Below are positions 19,934 to 30,400 of a stretch of DNA of 64,000 nucleotides, one piece after another. A program made the translations under genes and the position numbers. Source of the stretch: Pseudomonadota bacterium (lineage in GTDB: Bacteria; Pseudomonadota; Gammaproteobacteria; Methylococcales; Methylococcaceae); contig JBEBBU010000165.1 of NCBI GenBank assembly GCA_041158225.1, forward strand, positions 256-64,255. Reading direction: 5' to 3'. Within the stretch, counting starts at the first letter, position 1. Each line of letters begins with the position of its first letter. The notes below the pieces were generated by a model. It saw nothing but the letters and a program-made list of their open reading frames with translations, was not told the DNA's origin and did no database searches.

Positions 19934-20581
19934 TCAGCTTGCAGCTGCATCAACAGCTTCGCGGATTTCGCGTGCTGCAACGGTTGGGTTCTTGGCGCCG
20001 GTGATGGCTCCGCCCACAACCACAATGTCTGCGCCAGCGCGGACTACCTGTGCAATGGTGTCCTTGTTGATGCCGCCAGCCACTGAAATCTTGGCGCCAA
20101 GGCGCAGGGAAAGCAGTGCCTGCAGATCAGCAAACGGGGTCTGGCCAGCCAGCTGCTGGTCAATACCGGTGTGGATGCCGATGATGTGTGCGCCAGCCTG
20201 GACAGACTCGCGTGCACGGTTAGGCTTGTTTTCCACATTGATCAGGTCAACCTGAGCCATCTTGCCATGTGCGTTGGCAGCTGCGATGACGCCCTTGATG
20301 GTGTCAATGTCAGCGGTGCCCAGCACGGTGGTGATGTCTGCACCGGCCTTGAAGAATGGGGTGGCTTCGTACTGGCCGGCATCCATGGTCTTCAGGTCAA
20401 CGAAGATGGTCTTGGTGGGGTACAGGTTACGCAGTTCCTTGAGCAGGCCAAGACCGTTGTACTTGAGGCATGGGGTTCCGATTTCGATGCAGTCAACGAA
20501 CTCGGCTGCCTGACTGGCCAGCTTCAGGGTCTGCTGGTAGTCAAGGGAATCCAGTGCCAATTGAATTAATGGTTTTGCCAT
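19934..20581 (-). CDS. hps: 3-hexulose-6-phosphate synthase (copy 2, inverted relative to copy 1)
   Basis: The 215-aa protein is collinear with copy 1 (MAKPLIQLALDSLDYQQTL...DLKTMDAG...IGIHTGIDQQLAGQTPFADL). By eye the two proteins are about two-thirds to three-quarters identical. Confidence 0.95.
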   Translation of the reverse strand: MAKPLIQLALDSLDYQQTLKLASQAAEFVDCIEIGTPCLKYNGLGLLKELRNLYPTKTIFVDLKTMDAGQYEATPFFKAGADITTVLGTADIDTIKGVIAAANAHGKMAQVDLINVENKPNRARESVQAGAHIIGIHTGIDQQLAGQTPFADLQALLSLRLGAKISVAGGINKDTIAQVVRAGADIVVVGGAITGAKNPTVAAREIREAVDAAAS

Positions 20582-20669
20582 GATAAGGGCTCCGATGAGT
20601 TAGCGTTTAGGTTTGTGATTCATGATAGTAGTGTTGCGTATCACGTTCGGACGCAACAGTATTATTTTG

Positions 20670-20675
20670 ATTATA
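20670..20675 (-). promoter_or_regulatory. Candidate -10 box for hps copy 2
   Basis: A perfect TATAAT on the reverse strand lies about 90 nt upstream of the hps2 ATG. I found no convincing -35 element. Confidence 0.3.
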
Positions 20676-20746
20676 CGGGACTACTACCCTGCAACTTTAA
20701 GTGAGAAAGCACAGGATGTCAATGTCGGCCAGCGTGGTTTGTATCA

Positions 20747-21877
20747 TCAGAAGGCCGCGGCAAAACCCAGCATGGAATTCATGGATGGGGTGTACTGGGT
20801 AAGGGGGCCGCTGACCTGGCCAAATACTGCAAACTGGCTGTTGATCGTCCAGATCAGTCCGCCTCCCATCAGATTGCCTGTCATAGTAAGAGGGTTGTCC
20901 AGCGTTGGATGCGGATTGGAATTGAGGGACTGGGTCCAGCTGCTGTAACTGCCATGTGCGAAGATGGCGACATCGTCATCAAGAATGTCCTTCTGCAGTG
21001 CCCATTGGAAGATCAGCTGCCATACATTGATGTCCATAGGTGTCTGGGTCCGCGACGTGCCAATGTTGTATTCAAGATTGATATCCCAGGGCAGTGACTG
21101 GTCGAAGAGGAGTGCCAGATAGGGTTGGGTGCTCTGGTTGAGGGCAGGATTGGCCATCCATGGTGTCTGGACATACATTTCGATGCCCGCTGCTGGCAGA
21201 TAATAGTCTTTTTTTTCCAGCCAGAGATTGATTTTGGTATCAAACTGCAGCGGCGAAAAGCCCAATACGCTGTTGCCCTGCTGGGGATGGATGAGCGTCA
21301 TGCCATTACCCATCAGGCGCAGTTCAATATCGTCTGTCAGGCCGTAGCGTAGCAGGAACTGGGTGTAAAACTGCTGGTTCACGGCGCCGTGTGCAGCGCC
21401 GCTGAAATTGAATGGTGCCAGTTCGACATAAGCCCGCCCTTCAGGCAGGGTAAATGCGCTGTTCGGAAAGTTGGCAATGTCTGGGCCCGGGTTAGCGATA
21501 TCAGGTCTGGAGCGCCAGCTGTCAATATTTTCAGGCGATCTCGCGCGCGAACGGTCATAGCGGCCCTTGAAGAATGAGTTACTGATACTGGCGCTGGCAT
21601 CCTGTCCGAAGACGGCAAATTTTTTATCCTGTTCGCTGTCGTCAGGCGCGGCTGCCAGTGCTGTGCTCTGCGGACGGTCAGTGATATAGTCCGCAGTTGA
21701 TCGGGCAAGAGCCTCAAATGCATCATTGTCTGCTTCTGCCGGTGTTTTTACATCGGGAGGTGGCTCATCTGTCCTGGCGGGCGCGTGATGGCAGGCACTG
21801 AGCTGGAACATGCATACAAGCATGCAAGCCAGCGTGGCAACGCGCCGTTGTATCATTGGACTGTGATATTCAGACAT
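20747..21877 (-). CDS. Putative outer-membrane beta-barrel protein with lipoprotein-type signal
   Basis: The signal peptide ends in the lipobox LSAC. It is followed by an acidic/Pro-rich linker, alternating beta-strand-like segments and a C-terminal ...MLGFAAAF ending in an aromatic residue, which is typical of OMP barrels. It may be MetA/phenol-degradation-like, but I cannot confirm this. Confidence 0.55.
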   Translation of the reverse strand: MSEYHSPMIQRRVATLACMLVCMFQLSACHHAPARTDEPPPDVKTPAEADNDAFEALARSTADYITDRPQSTALAAAPDDSEQDKKFAVFGQDASASISNSFFKGRYDRSRARSPENIDSWRSRPDIANPGPDIANFPNSAFTLPEGRAYVELAPFNFSGAAHGAVNQQFYTQFLLRYGLTDDIELRLMGNGMTLIHPQQGNSVLGFSPLQFDTKINLWLEKKDYYLPAAGIEMYVQTPWMANPALNQSTQPYLALLFDQSLPWDINLEYNIGTSRTQTPMDINVWQLIFQWALQKDILDDDVAIFAHGSYSSWTQSLNSNPHPTLDNPLTMTGNLMGGGLIWTINSQFAVFGQVSGPLTQYTPSMNSMLGFAAAF

Positions 21878-21894
21878 CAAGAGGTTTCATTGCC

Positions 21895-22380
21895 ATGCTG
21901 CGTACCGTGCTGCCCGTTCTTGCCCTTTTCTGGCTGTCGCCGATTCTGGCTGCTGGTGCCATGAACACTGAAAGTGGCCAGCCAGCCTCCGTGATGGAAA
22001 CACAGGGTATCCAGTCTCTGGCTGAACAAAGGCGTGCCCTGATCAGGAATAATCTCCGGTTAACACCCGAAGAAAACAGAAACTTCTGGCCTATTTATGC
22101 AGAATACGAGCGGGATGTCGAGCATCTTCTGCTGGACCGGTTGCGGATTTATGAAGAGCTGGGGGGTAACTTTGATGACCTGAGCGATGGAGAGGCCAGA
22201 AAGTTCGTGGATGACCACTGGGCCTATGTCCTGCGGCGCACGGATTTGACTGACAGGTACCTCGGCCGCTTTGCAGCGGTCCTGCCGGGAAAAAAGCTGG
22301 CACGCTATTACCAGATTGAGGCGCATATCCGTGCATCCATTGATGCCGAGCTTTACCGCAGGATACCACTGGTTCACTAG
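21895..22380 (+). CDS. Hypothetical periplasmic helical protein
   Basis: The signal peptide MLRTVLPVLALFWLSPILAAGA is followed by a helical domain containing an LTPEE motif. I did not recognise a family. Confidence 0.5.
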   Translation: MLRTVLPVLALFWLSPILAAGAMNTESGQPASVMETQGIQSLAEQRRALIRNNLRLTPEENRNFWPIYAEYERDVEHLLLDRLRIYEELGGNFDDLSDGEARKFVDDHWAYVLRRTDLTDRYLGRFAAVLPGKKLARYYQIEAHIRASIDAELYRRIPLVH

Positions 22381-23504
22381 TGTTGCGGCAGGGCAAAAGG
22401 GCTGGGATCCAGTACCGGGTTCTGATCCAGCATGAGGTCCACCAGCAGTTCCGCTGATGCAGGTCCCATGACCAGTCCATTGCGAAAGTGTCCTGCATTG
22501 CACCAGGCATTATCCAGCCCGGGAATTTTGCCAATGAAGGGGATGCCTTGCGGAGAACCGGGACGTAGTCCGGCCCAGTGATCCAGCAAGGGTGCTTCGC
22601 TGAGATCGGGGCGCAGTTGATGCAGGAAGCGTGTAAGCGTATGCCGGGTTTCTTCCTGTATGGTCTTGTCGAAGCCGCAGTATTCTACGGTGCTTCCAGC
22701 CAGAATCACGCCGTCCATGCGTGGAATGAGATAGTGACCGTTACAGATCACCATACAGGCCAGTGCTTCAGGCCTGGCCTGAAAGGCCAGCATCTGACCC
22801 TTCACCGGCTGTACAGGAAGGGCAGTGGCGGATGGCTGGCAATGCTGCAGGAGCTGGCCTGTCCAGGCGCCGCTGGTAAACACGAACTGGCCGGCTTCCA
22901 TTGGCCCTCTGCGGGTGAGCACCGCCGACAGCCGGTCTCCCTTCTTTACCCAGCCTTCTACTTCAGTGTCAGGCAGCATGACGCCCCCCAGATCACGGAT
23001 GGCGCGCTGCAGGCACTGCAGCAGGCGCGGGTTTCTGACCTGCGCAACCATGGGTAGCCAGAGGTGCGGGTGGTTGTCATGATCCGGTTTTTCTTCGTAG
23101 GACGGGAAGCTCAGCCCCCCCGCCAGCTGGCTGGCGGAAGCCGCATCAATCCACGCATGAGGCTCGAATGCGCTCCGGCACCATGCGCCGGCATGGCCGG
23201 CAGCGGCATCATCCAGATCCAGTACCAGCAGGCCGCTGCGCTGCCATTCAGCATCGCCATGACCATGTTGCAGTAGCAGTGCCGCCAGCTCAGGGTAGCA
23301 GGCCTGGCTTCTCCGGCTGAGTTGCATGACCGGATCCGGCATATCCCATGGCATCAGTGGACAAAGGATGCCACCACCAGCCCAGGAAGATTCACGGCCA
23401 GGCAGCTGGCGATCCAGCAGTGTCACCTGCATGCCCGCTTCCAGCAGTCTCCTGGCTGTCAGGAGACCCGCAATGCCGCAGCCTATGATGAGCGTGTCAG
23501 TCAT
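22377..23504 (-). CDS. thiO: FAD-dependent glycine oxidase ThiO-like oxidoreductase
   Basis: The N-terminal dinucleotide-binding fold is IIGCGIAGLLTARRL..G..VTLLDR. The length and C-terminal GHFRNGL motif fit ThiO/DAO-family enzymes. Confidence 0.75.
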   Translation of the reverse strand: MTDTLIIGCGIAGLLTARRLLEAGMQVTLLDRQLPGRESSWAGGGILCPLMPWDMPDPVMQLSRRSQACYPELAALLLQHGHGDAEWQRSGLLVLDLDDAAAGHAGAWCRSAFEPHAWIDAASASQLAGGLSFPSYEEKPDHDNHPHLWLPMVAQVRNPRLLQCLQRAIRDLGGVMLPDTEVEGWVKKGDRLSAVLTRRGPMEAGQFVFTSGAWTGQLLQHCQPSATALPVQPVKGQMLAFQARPEALACMVICNGHYLIPRMDGVILAGSTVEYCGFDKTIQEETRHTLTRFLHQLRPDLSEAPLLDHWAGLRPGSPQGIPFIGKIPGLDNAWCNAGHFRNGLVMGPASAELLVDLMLDQNPVLDPSPFALPQH

Positions 23505-23513
23505 GACGGCCGG

Positions 23514-26162
23514 TCAGGAAGGTTCCATGATGGGTTGCCCGGCTGGTGGCGTCGATCCTGGCAGGCCACGCATCTTCTGCAGATCCTGCAGACGTGCTTC
23601 CAGTACATCCAGCGCCTTGTCCAGTGAGGTTTCCATAACGATGACATCGCCCATGGAAAGAATGACGCGCGTCAGTTCGGGTATGCGTGTCAGCCCGGTG
23701 GAAACGATATAGACCGGCTGTACATACAGTAATGACCTGCCAATAGGGACAATCAGGATACGGCCACGCTTGACATGAGAACCCTTCTGATCCCACAGGG
23801 AAAACTGCTGGGATATGCTGCTGTCCTGATCAATCTTGGCACTGACCTGGGCTGGGCCATCGACCTGCACATCCTTGTTGAACTCGTACAACAGGATTTT
23901 TTTGCTGCTGTTGCCGCCGCAGGCTGAGAACTTGACATCGCCACCCAGTGCCAGAGCGCTCAGGTTGGCGCGTCCAACTGGCGTAATGGGCTTGATGATG
24001 ACAAAGTTCTGCTGGGCTTCGCACCCTTCCAGATAGGTGGTGAAGTAATAAGGCGCAACAGGGCTTTCATGAACCTTGGGGAAGTCCCAGGTTTCCGCCT
24101 GCTGATAGAACAGGGCGGGATCAGTCTGATGGTAGCGGGCATACTGCTGCAGCTGGATCTCGAACAGATCGCGCGGATAGCGGATCTGGTCCTTGAGCAG
24201 GGGAGGCATATAGCGCATATCCTTGAACAGTCCTGGATAGGCGCGGTCGTAAGCCCTGATGAGGGGATCGTTTTCATCAGCGATATAAAAATCGACATCA
24301 CCATCGAAGGCGTCGACCACTACCTTGACCGAATTGCGGATGTAGTTGAAAGAACGTTCTTCCTCATCGCCGCGGAAGCGGAAGCGGGTGGTCTTGGATA
24401 CTGGATACCAGTTTGAGGTGGTATAGGCATCGAGTATCCAGTAGTGGCGCGAAGGCGTCACCACCAGGTAGGGGTCATGATCCAGTGCAAGGAATGGCGC
24501 AAGCGTTTTGACCCTTTCAATGATATTGCGATGGAACAGGGCGCGCGTGTGGGTGTCGATATTCGTGGAAAAGAACAGCCGTTCGTCCCGGAAATAGCTG
24601 GAAAGCAGAACCCGGCTGAACAGGGAGTCTACCGGAACCCCGCCTTCACCACTGTAGTTGCGGTTGGAATCCTGGTCAAAACTCGAGATATCAGGAATTT
24701 CGAGGCGGTTAGGCACCAGAGCGTAGTCCAGATTTTCCAGGCCATAGTAGATATCAGGTTTTTCTACATTCAGTCCGATGCTGGACTGCAGGTTGAGGTC
24801 ACGCAGGAACCAGCGCATCGGAGTATCTGCATTCTGTGATGCCGGTGTCACCACGGAACCATAACCATGGGTGTAACGCAGGTGGCGGTTTTCCCAGTCA
24901 CGTGCTTCGCTCGGAAGCAGGTCAAGGTTGACTTCACGCGCTGACAGATTGACCTGTTCAATGGTGCCATTGACGGTATAGCGTGAAGTATCCACTTCTG
25001 CAAAGTGATAGTAAGGCCGTATGCCCTGCAGTTCCTGATAGACATCGTCAAGATATTCAGGATCCCAGATGGGGATGTTGTGCAGATGCTCCCTGACATG
25101 TGAGTCCAGAGCACTCTTGCTGTCCAGTGTGGCGGTGACGCCTACGGTCTGTATGTTATCCAGCGCATAGGCTGCCAGTGTGGCTTCTATGTTGGCGGCC
25201 ATGAAGCGCTGCTCCGCCCTGACAGGATTGGGCTTGACGATGAAACGTTCCATCAGGTCAGGCAGCAGGGGGATGTTGCGCATCATGACGGAGACCGCGA
25301 TGATGGTGAGTCCGAGCATCAGGTTTTTGAGGCCACGGTGGTTTCGCAGAAACAGCAGGAGACTGATGACCGCATAGCCAAGGGCTGCCAGTCCTACCCA
25401 GATCAGGGGCAGGTGGTAATTCATCTCCACGAAACCCGGGCCGAAGAACAGGGGGTCATGTGCTTCGCTATAGACAAGTCCATAGCGGTCCAGCATGAAG
25501 TCCCAGCCGCCTACTGCTGCAAATAGCAGGATCAGGATCGTCATGTGAATGCGGGCACCCAGCGGCCATGACCGTTTGCCTGAATGGTTGATACTATGCT
25601 CGATCCAGTAAGTGAGGGCTACCAGTACCGTCATGACGCCAGAACATATCAGCAGTTCTGACTGGATCAGCTCGAAAATGGCATAGGCAAACAGATAGAA
25701 ACTGATGTCGGTATTGAACAGGGGTTCACTGACTTCAGCCTTCTGGCCAAAAATGAACAGGAGGCTGTCTTCCCACTGATGATAGAACGGCAGGGCGATC
25801 AGTATGGAAAGTACCAGCGACAGGGGAATATAGATGCGTATCGAGGTCAGCTGAAATCTGGCCAGATTGCGCAGCTGCCGTTGCTGCATTTCTCCGCGGA
25901 AGGTTGTCTCATGACCGGCCAGTACGCGCGAGGCCAGCCAGAAATTGCCGAGCAGTACGGTGAAGAAGAGCAGGGTGACGCCACCTGACAGGAACCAGCG
26001 ATAAAGGATGCGCATCCAGTGGTAGGCGCCGTATTCCAGTGAGTCGAACCACCACAGTTCAACCAGAAAGTGTGTGATGGCCAGACCTGCTGCCAGAATG
26101 ACCAATCCTGTCAGCAGAATGGATCCTGTGAAAATCATCAGCAGCTTCTTCCAGTGTCCCAT
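23514..26162 (-). CDS. UPF0182-family large integral membrane protein
   Basis: The 882-aa protein has an N-terminal polytopic region (ELWWFDSLEY motif) and a large soluble C-terminal region, an architecture typical of UPF0182/COG1615. Confidence 0.75.
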   Translation of the reverse strand: MGHWKKLLMIFTGSILLTGLVILAAGLAITHFLVELWWFDSLEYGAYHWMRILYRWFLSGGVTLLFFTVLLGNFWLASRVLAGHETTFRGEMQQRQLRNLARFQLTSIRIYIPLSLVLSILIALPFYHQWEDSLLFIFGQKAEVSEPLFNTDISFYLFAYAIFELIQSELLICSGVMTVLVALTYWIEHSINHSGKRSWPLGARIHMTILILLFAAVGGWDFMLDRYGLVYSEAHDPLFFGPGFVEMNYHLPLIWVGLAALGYAVISLLLFLRNHRGLKNLMLGLTIIAVSVMMRNIPLLPDLMERFIVKPNPVRAEQRFMAANIEATLAAYALDNIQTVGVTATLDSKSALDSHVREHLHNIPIWDPEYLDDVYQELQGIRPYYHFAEVDTSRYTVNGTIEQVNLSAREVNLDLLPSEARDWENRHLRYTHGYGSVVTPASQNADTPMRWFLRDLNLQSSIGLNVEKPDIYYGLENLDYALVPNRLEIPDISSFDQDSNRNYSGEGGVPVDSLFSRVLLSSYFRDERLFFSTNIDTHTRALFHRNIIERVKTLAPFLALDHDPYLVVTPSRHYWILDAYTTSNWYPVSKTTRFRFRGDEEERSFNYIRNSVKVVVDAFDGDVDFYIADENDPLIRAYDRAYPGLFKDMRYMPPLLKDQIRYPRDLFEIQLQQYARYHQTDPALFYQQAETWDFPKVHESPVAPYYFTTYLEGCEAQQNFVIIKPITPVGRANLSALALGGDVKFSACGGNSSKKILLYEFNKDVQVDGPAQVSAKIDQDSSISQQFSLWDQKGSHVKRGRILIVPIGRSLLYVQPVYIVSTGLTRIPELTRVILSMGDVIVMETSLDKALDVLEARLQDLQKMRGLPGSTPPAGQPIMEPS

Positions 26163-26323
26163 AAATACCCTCTGATCTCTCTATGCTCTGGCTGTCTTGA
26201 GTGGATATGCAATAAGGCATGATGATACCCGACTCAGCCGTGATCTGGTATTTTTTACGCTCATGATCTACACTGGCGGATATCTGTAGGCCTGGTCTAC
26301 CTGCGAGAATCCTGAGTTTTCCC

Positions 26324-27454
26324 ATGCCCTTATCATCCGGTTTCCATCTGTGCATCCGTACAGCTTGGGTTGTGGCAGTGCTGTCTTGTTCCGTGATGTC
26401 TGCCTGTTTCGCTGAAGATCATATCCGTCTTGATGCTGATCAGCAGAAAGCATCAGGTATCAGTGTGGCCATCGCGGGATCTGGCGAGATTGCCCAGACG
26501 ATTGTGGTTCCAGGTAAGGTACTCATCAATAATGACCGCATAGCGCATGTCATCCCCAGGGTAGCTGGCGTTGTGCGCGAAGTACGTCAATCCGTCGGCG
26601 ACAGTGTCAGGGCGGGAGATGTTCTGGCCGTCATTGAAAGTATGGATATTGCAGATGCCCGTGCAGCCTATCTTGCTGCCCATGCCCGCAAGCGCCTTGC
26701 CCAGGCGAGTTACCGTCGCAAGGAAACACTCTGGCGTGAGCAGATTACTTCTGAGCAGGTCCTGGATGAGGCGCGGCAGGCACTGGAACTTGCAGAGGTT
26801 GAAGAGCGGACCGCAGTACAGAAACTGATCGCGCTGGATGTTCCCCGGAGTGCCATTGACCGCCTCGCTTCACGCAGGCAGCAGGATCTTAGCCGCTACG
26901 AGATCCGGGCGCCACTTTCTGGCAATGTGCTGGAACGTGACATGGTGCTGGGCGAGGCGATTCAGCCTAATGTCACGGTTTTTCTGCTGGGCAACCTCGA
27001 TACAGTCTGGGTTGACCTGAATGTATATCCCCGTGATCTGGATCGCGTGACCTTGGGACAGTCGGTACGGATTACCAGTACCGGGCGTCCAGGCGGTGTG
27101 GATGCCAGTGTCGTCTATATCCGCCCGGTGGTGAGTGAGGAAACCAGGGCGGCAACCGTGCGTGTGGTGCTGGATAACCACGATGGGCATTGGCAGCCAG
27201 GACTCTTCGTCAGCGGATCCATAGAGGCTGGACGCTACACTGCTTCCGTGATGGTACCCAGGGAAGCCGTCATGACCGTGCATAACCAGACGGTGGTTTT
27301 TGTGCGTGATGGGGATCTTTTTTCTGCACGTCCGGTGATGACGGGGCAGGATGACGGCCAGCATGTGGAAATCGTGCACGGCCTCCAGACCGGTGAATAT
27401 TATGTCACCCATGGCGGCTTCATCCTCAAGGACGAAGCGGAAAAGAATCAGTAA
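26324..27454 (+). CDS. Efflux RND periplasmic adaptor (CzcB/CusB-type MFP)
   Basis: The protein has a signal sequence, a coiled-coil hairpin region (ARAAYLAAHARKRLAQASYRRKETLW) and beta-barrel domains. It lies immediately upstream of an HME-RND pump gene. Confidence 0.85.
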   Translation: MPLSSGFHLCIRTAWVVAVLSCSVMSACFAEDHIRLDADQQKASGISVAIAGSGEIAQTIVVPGKVLINNDRIAHVIPRVAGVVREVRQSVGDSVRAGDVLAVIESMDIADARAAYLAAHARKRLAQASYRRKETLWREQITSEQVLDEARQALELAEVEERTAVQKLIALDVPRSAIDRLASRRQQDLSRYEIRAPLSGNVLERDMVLGEAIQPNVTVFLLGNLDTVWVDLNVYPRDLDRVTLGQSVRITSTGRPGGVDASVVYIRPVVSEETRAATVRVVLDNHDGHWQPGLFVSGSIEAGRYTASVMVPREAVMTVHNQTVVFVRDGDLFSARPVMTGQDDGQHVEIVHGLQTGEYYVTHGGFILKDEAEKNQ

Positions 27455-27456
27455 TC

Positions 27457-30400
27457 ATGCTGGCAGCGCTGCTTCATCTTTCCATCAGGTACCGGGTGAC
27501 CGTTGTGGTGCTGACCCTGATGGTCTTCATGCTGGGTCTGAATGCTCTGGTCAGCCTGCCGATTGATGCGGTGCCTGATATTACCAACCAGCAGGTACAG
27601 ATCAACGCACTTTCTCCAGGGCTTTCCCCGGTTGATATGGAAAAACAGGTGACTTTTCCCATTGAGACTACGCTGGCAGGTATCAAGGGTCTGGATTACA
27701 CCCGTTCCCTTTCGCGCAATGGTTTTGCGCAGGTGACGGCCATCTTCAATGATGATGTCGACATCTATTTCGCCCGTCAGCAGATCAGTGAACGCCTGTC
27801 TGACCTCAGGGCCGGCCTGCCGCCAGGGGTTGATATACGCATGGGGCCTATTGCCACTGGCCTGGGGGAAATCTATATGTGGTCGGTGGAATACCGGCAT
27901 CCCAAAGGTGAAGGGGCGGAGCTGAAGCCGGGGCAGGCCGGCTGGCAGGCTGATGGTGAGTACCTTACACCGGAAGGGCTGCATCTGAGAGAGCCATTCG
28001 AGCTGGCTGCTTACCTCAGGACAGTTCAGGACTGGATTGTGCGGCCACAGGTCAAGACGGTAGCGGGTGTCGCGGGCGTCGATGCTATTGGTGGCTATGT
28101 CAAGCAGTATCACATCAGGCCTGACATGACGCGCCTGCTTTCCTATGGACTCACCCTGCATGATCTGATAGGTGCCCTGGATCGTAACAACACCAGTATG
28201 GGGGCCGGCTATGTGGAAAACCATGGCGAGGCCTATCAGGTGCGCTCGGACGGCAGGATCAGGGCAATCAGTGAAATCAATGGCATTGTCATCGGTTCCC
28301 GTGGAGGGGCCCCCATCTATGTGCGGGATGTTGCCGATGTGGGCATAGGACGTGAACTGCGCTCAGGTGCCGCGACCAAGGACGGACTGGAGGTGGTCGT
28401 AGGTACGGCGCTGATGCGCATCGGCGAGAACAGCCGCACGGTATCCCAGGCGGTTGATGAGCGCATTGCCGCCGTTCAGAGCGCGCTGCCCCCGGATATC
28501 TATATCAAACCCATACTCAACCGTACTGTGCTGGTCGATGCAACCATTCATACCGTGCGTGGCAATCTGCTGGAGGGGGCGGCTCTGGTGATTGCCATCC
28601 TGTTCTGGGTGCTCGGCAATCTGCGTGCTGCCCTGATTACGGCGGCAGTGATTCCACTAGCCATGCTGATGACCGCCATGGGCATGGTACAGGGCGGTAT
28701 CAGCGGCAATCTGATGAGCCTTGGTGCCCTGGATTTTGGTCTGATCGTGGACGGTGCTGTGATTATTGTCGAGAACTGCCTGAGACATCTGGTGGAGCGG
28801 CAGCATGCACTGGGCCGTCAGTTGACACTGGAAGAACGTCTGGACGAGGTGGCGTTGGCAGCCAGACAGGTGATCCAGCCCTCTGTTTTTGGCCAGGCTA
28901 TCATCATTACGGTTTATCTGCCCATCCTCAGCCTCACTGGTATTGAAGGCAAGATGTTTCATCCTATGGCCATGACGGTCATTCTGGCGCTGGTGGCTGC
29001 TTTCATCCTGTCCATGACTTTTGTGCCTGCGATGGTGGCACTGGTGTTCAGCGGCCGGATGGAGGAAAAAGAGAGCCGGCTGGTGGTTTGGGCCAGATCC
29101 GTTTACCTGCCATTGCTGGTGAACTCGCTGCATCATCCGCGCCGGGTCGTGCTTGGTGCCGCCATAGCTCTAGTGGTGGCGCTGGCACTGTCGACCCGTC
29201 TGGGGCAGGAGTTTGCTCCAACCCTTGATGAAAAGAATCTGGCAATCCAGGTGGTCCGTATTCCCAGTATCAGCCTGACACAGGCAGTGACCATGCAGAC
29301 GCAGGTAGAACATACGCTGGCAGGGGTTCCTGAGGTAGCCTATGTTTTCAGCAAGATAGGCACTGCTGAAATGGCGACGGATCCTATGCCGCCGAATTCA
29401 ACGGATATGTTTGTGATGCTGCATCCGGAATCCAGGTGGCCAGATCCTGGCAAATCGAAAGCTGAGCTTCTCCGTGAGATCGAAGCCGCGCTTGAACATC
29501 TCCCCGGCAACCTCTATGAGTTCAGCCAGCCTATACAGCTGCGCTTCAATGAACTCATCGCGGGTGTGCGTAGTGATGTGGCGGTCAAACTGTCTGGCGA
29601 CGAGTTTGAGGTTCTGCAGCCGCTGGCCCAGGCGATTGGCCGCCGGCTTGCGTCCATACCCGGGGCAGCAGATGTCAAGGTCGAGCAGACGGATGGCCTG
29701 CCGGTGCTGAATGTTGCCATCGACCGTGATGCCATGGCGCGTTATGGGCTGGATATTGCCGATGTGCAGGATGTGGTGGCTATTGCGATTGGTGGCCGGG
29801 ATGCAGGGCTGGTGTTTGAGGGTGACCGGCGTTTTTCCCTGATGGTAAGGCTGCCGGATGCAGTGCGCGCCGATCTTGAGGCGCTAAGGCGCCTGCCTGT
29901 GCCATTACCCCATCAGGGATCTGCAGGGGTATATGCCCCGGCGTTCCTGCCATTGGGAGAACTGGCACACATCGATATCAGCGAGGGCCAGAATCAGGTC
30001 AGTCGCGAGAACGGCAAACGTCTCGTAGTGATCCAGACAAATGTAAGGGATCGTGATATCGGTTCTTTTGTCATGGAGGCGCGTGAGGTTCTGGAAAAAG
30101 AGATCCGGTTGCCGTCTGGCTACTGGATGAGCTGGGGAGGGCAGTTCGAGAACCTGGTCAAAGCCAAGGCACGTCTCATGGTTGTGGTGCCGGTCTGTTT
30201 CATGCTGATATTTTTTCTGCTATTCAGTGCTTTTGGCACGGTTCGTCATGCCGCGCTGATTTTCAGTGGCATACCCTTTGCGCTGGTGGGAGGGGTTGTG
30301 GCGCTTGTCGTGCGGGACATGACCTTCTCGATGACCTCGGCGGTAGGTTTTATCGCCCTGTCAGGGGTGGCTGTACTGAATGGCCTGGTGATGGTCAGTT

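Noticed and set aside
15420-20581. The inverted hps copies as ends of a composite transposon or recent inverted duplication
   Set aside because: The two copies have diverged at many synonymous and non-synonymous sites. No transposase, integrase or terminal repeats are present, and the flanking DNA is not duplicated. They look like old paralogs rather than a mobile element.
27448-28224. A 258-aa reverse ORF at the czcB/czcA junction
   Set aside because: It is antisense to the RND pump and has spurious GC-rich frame composition.
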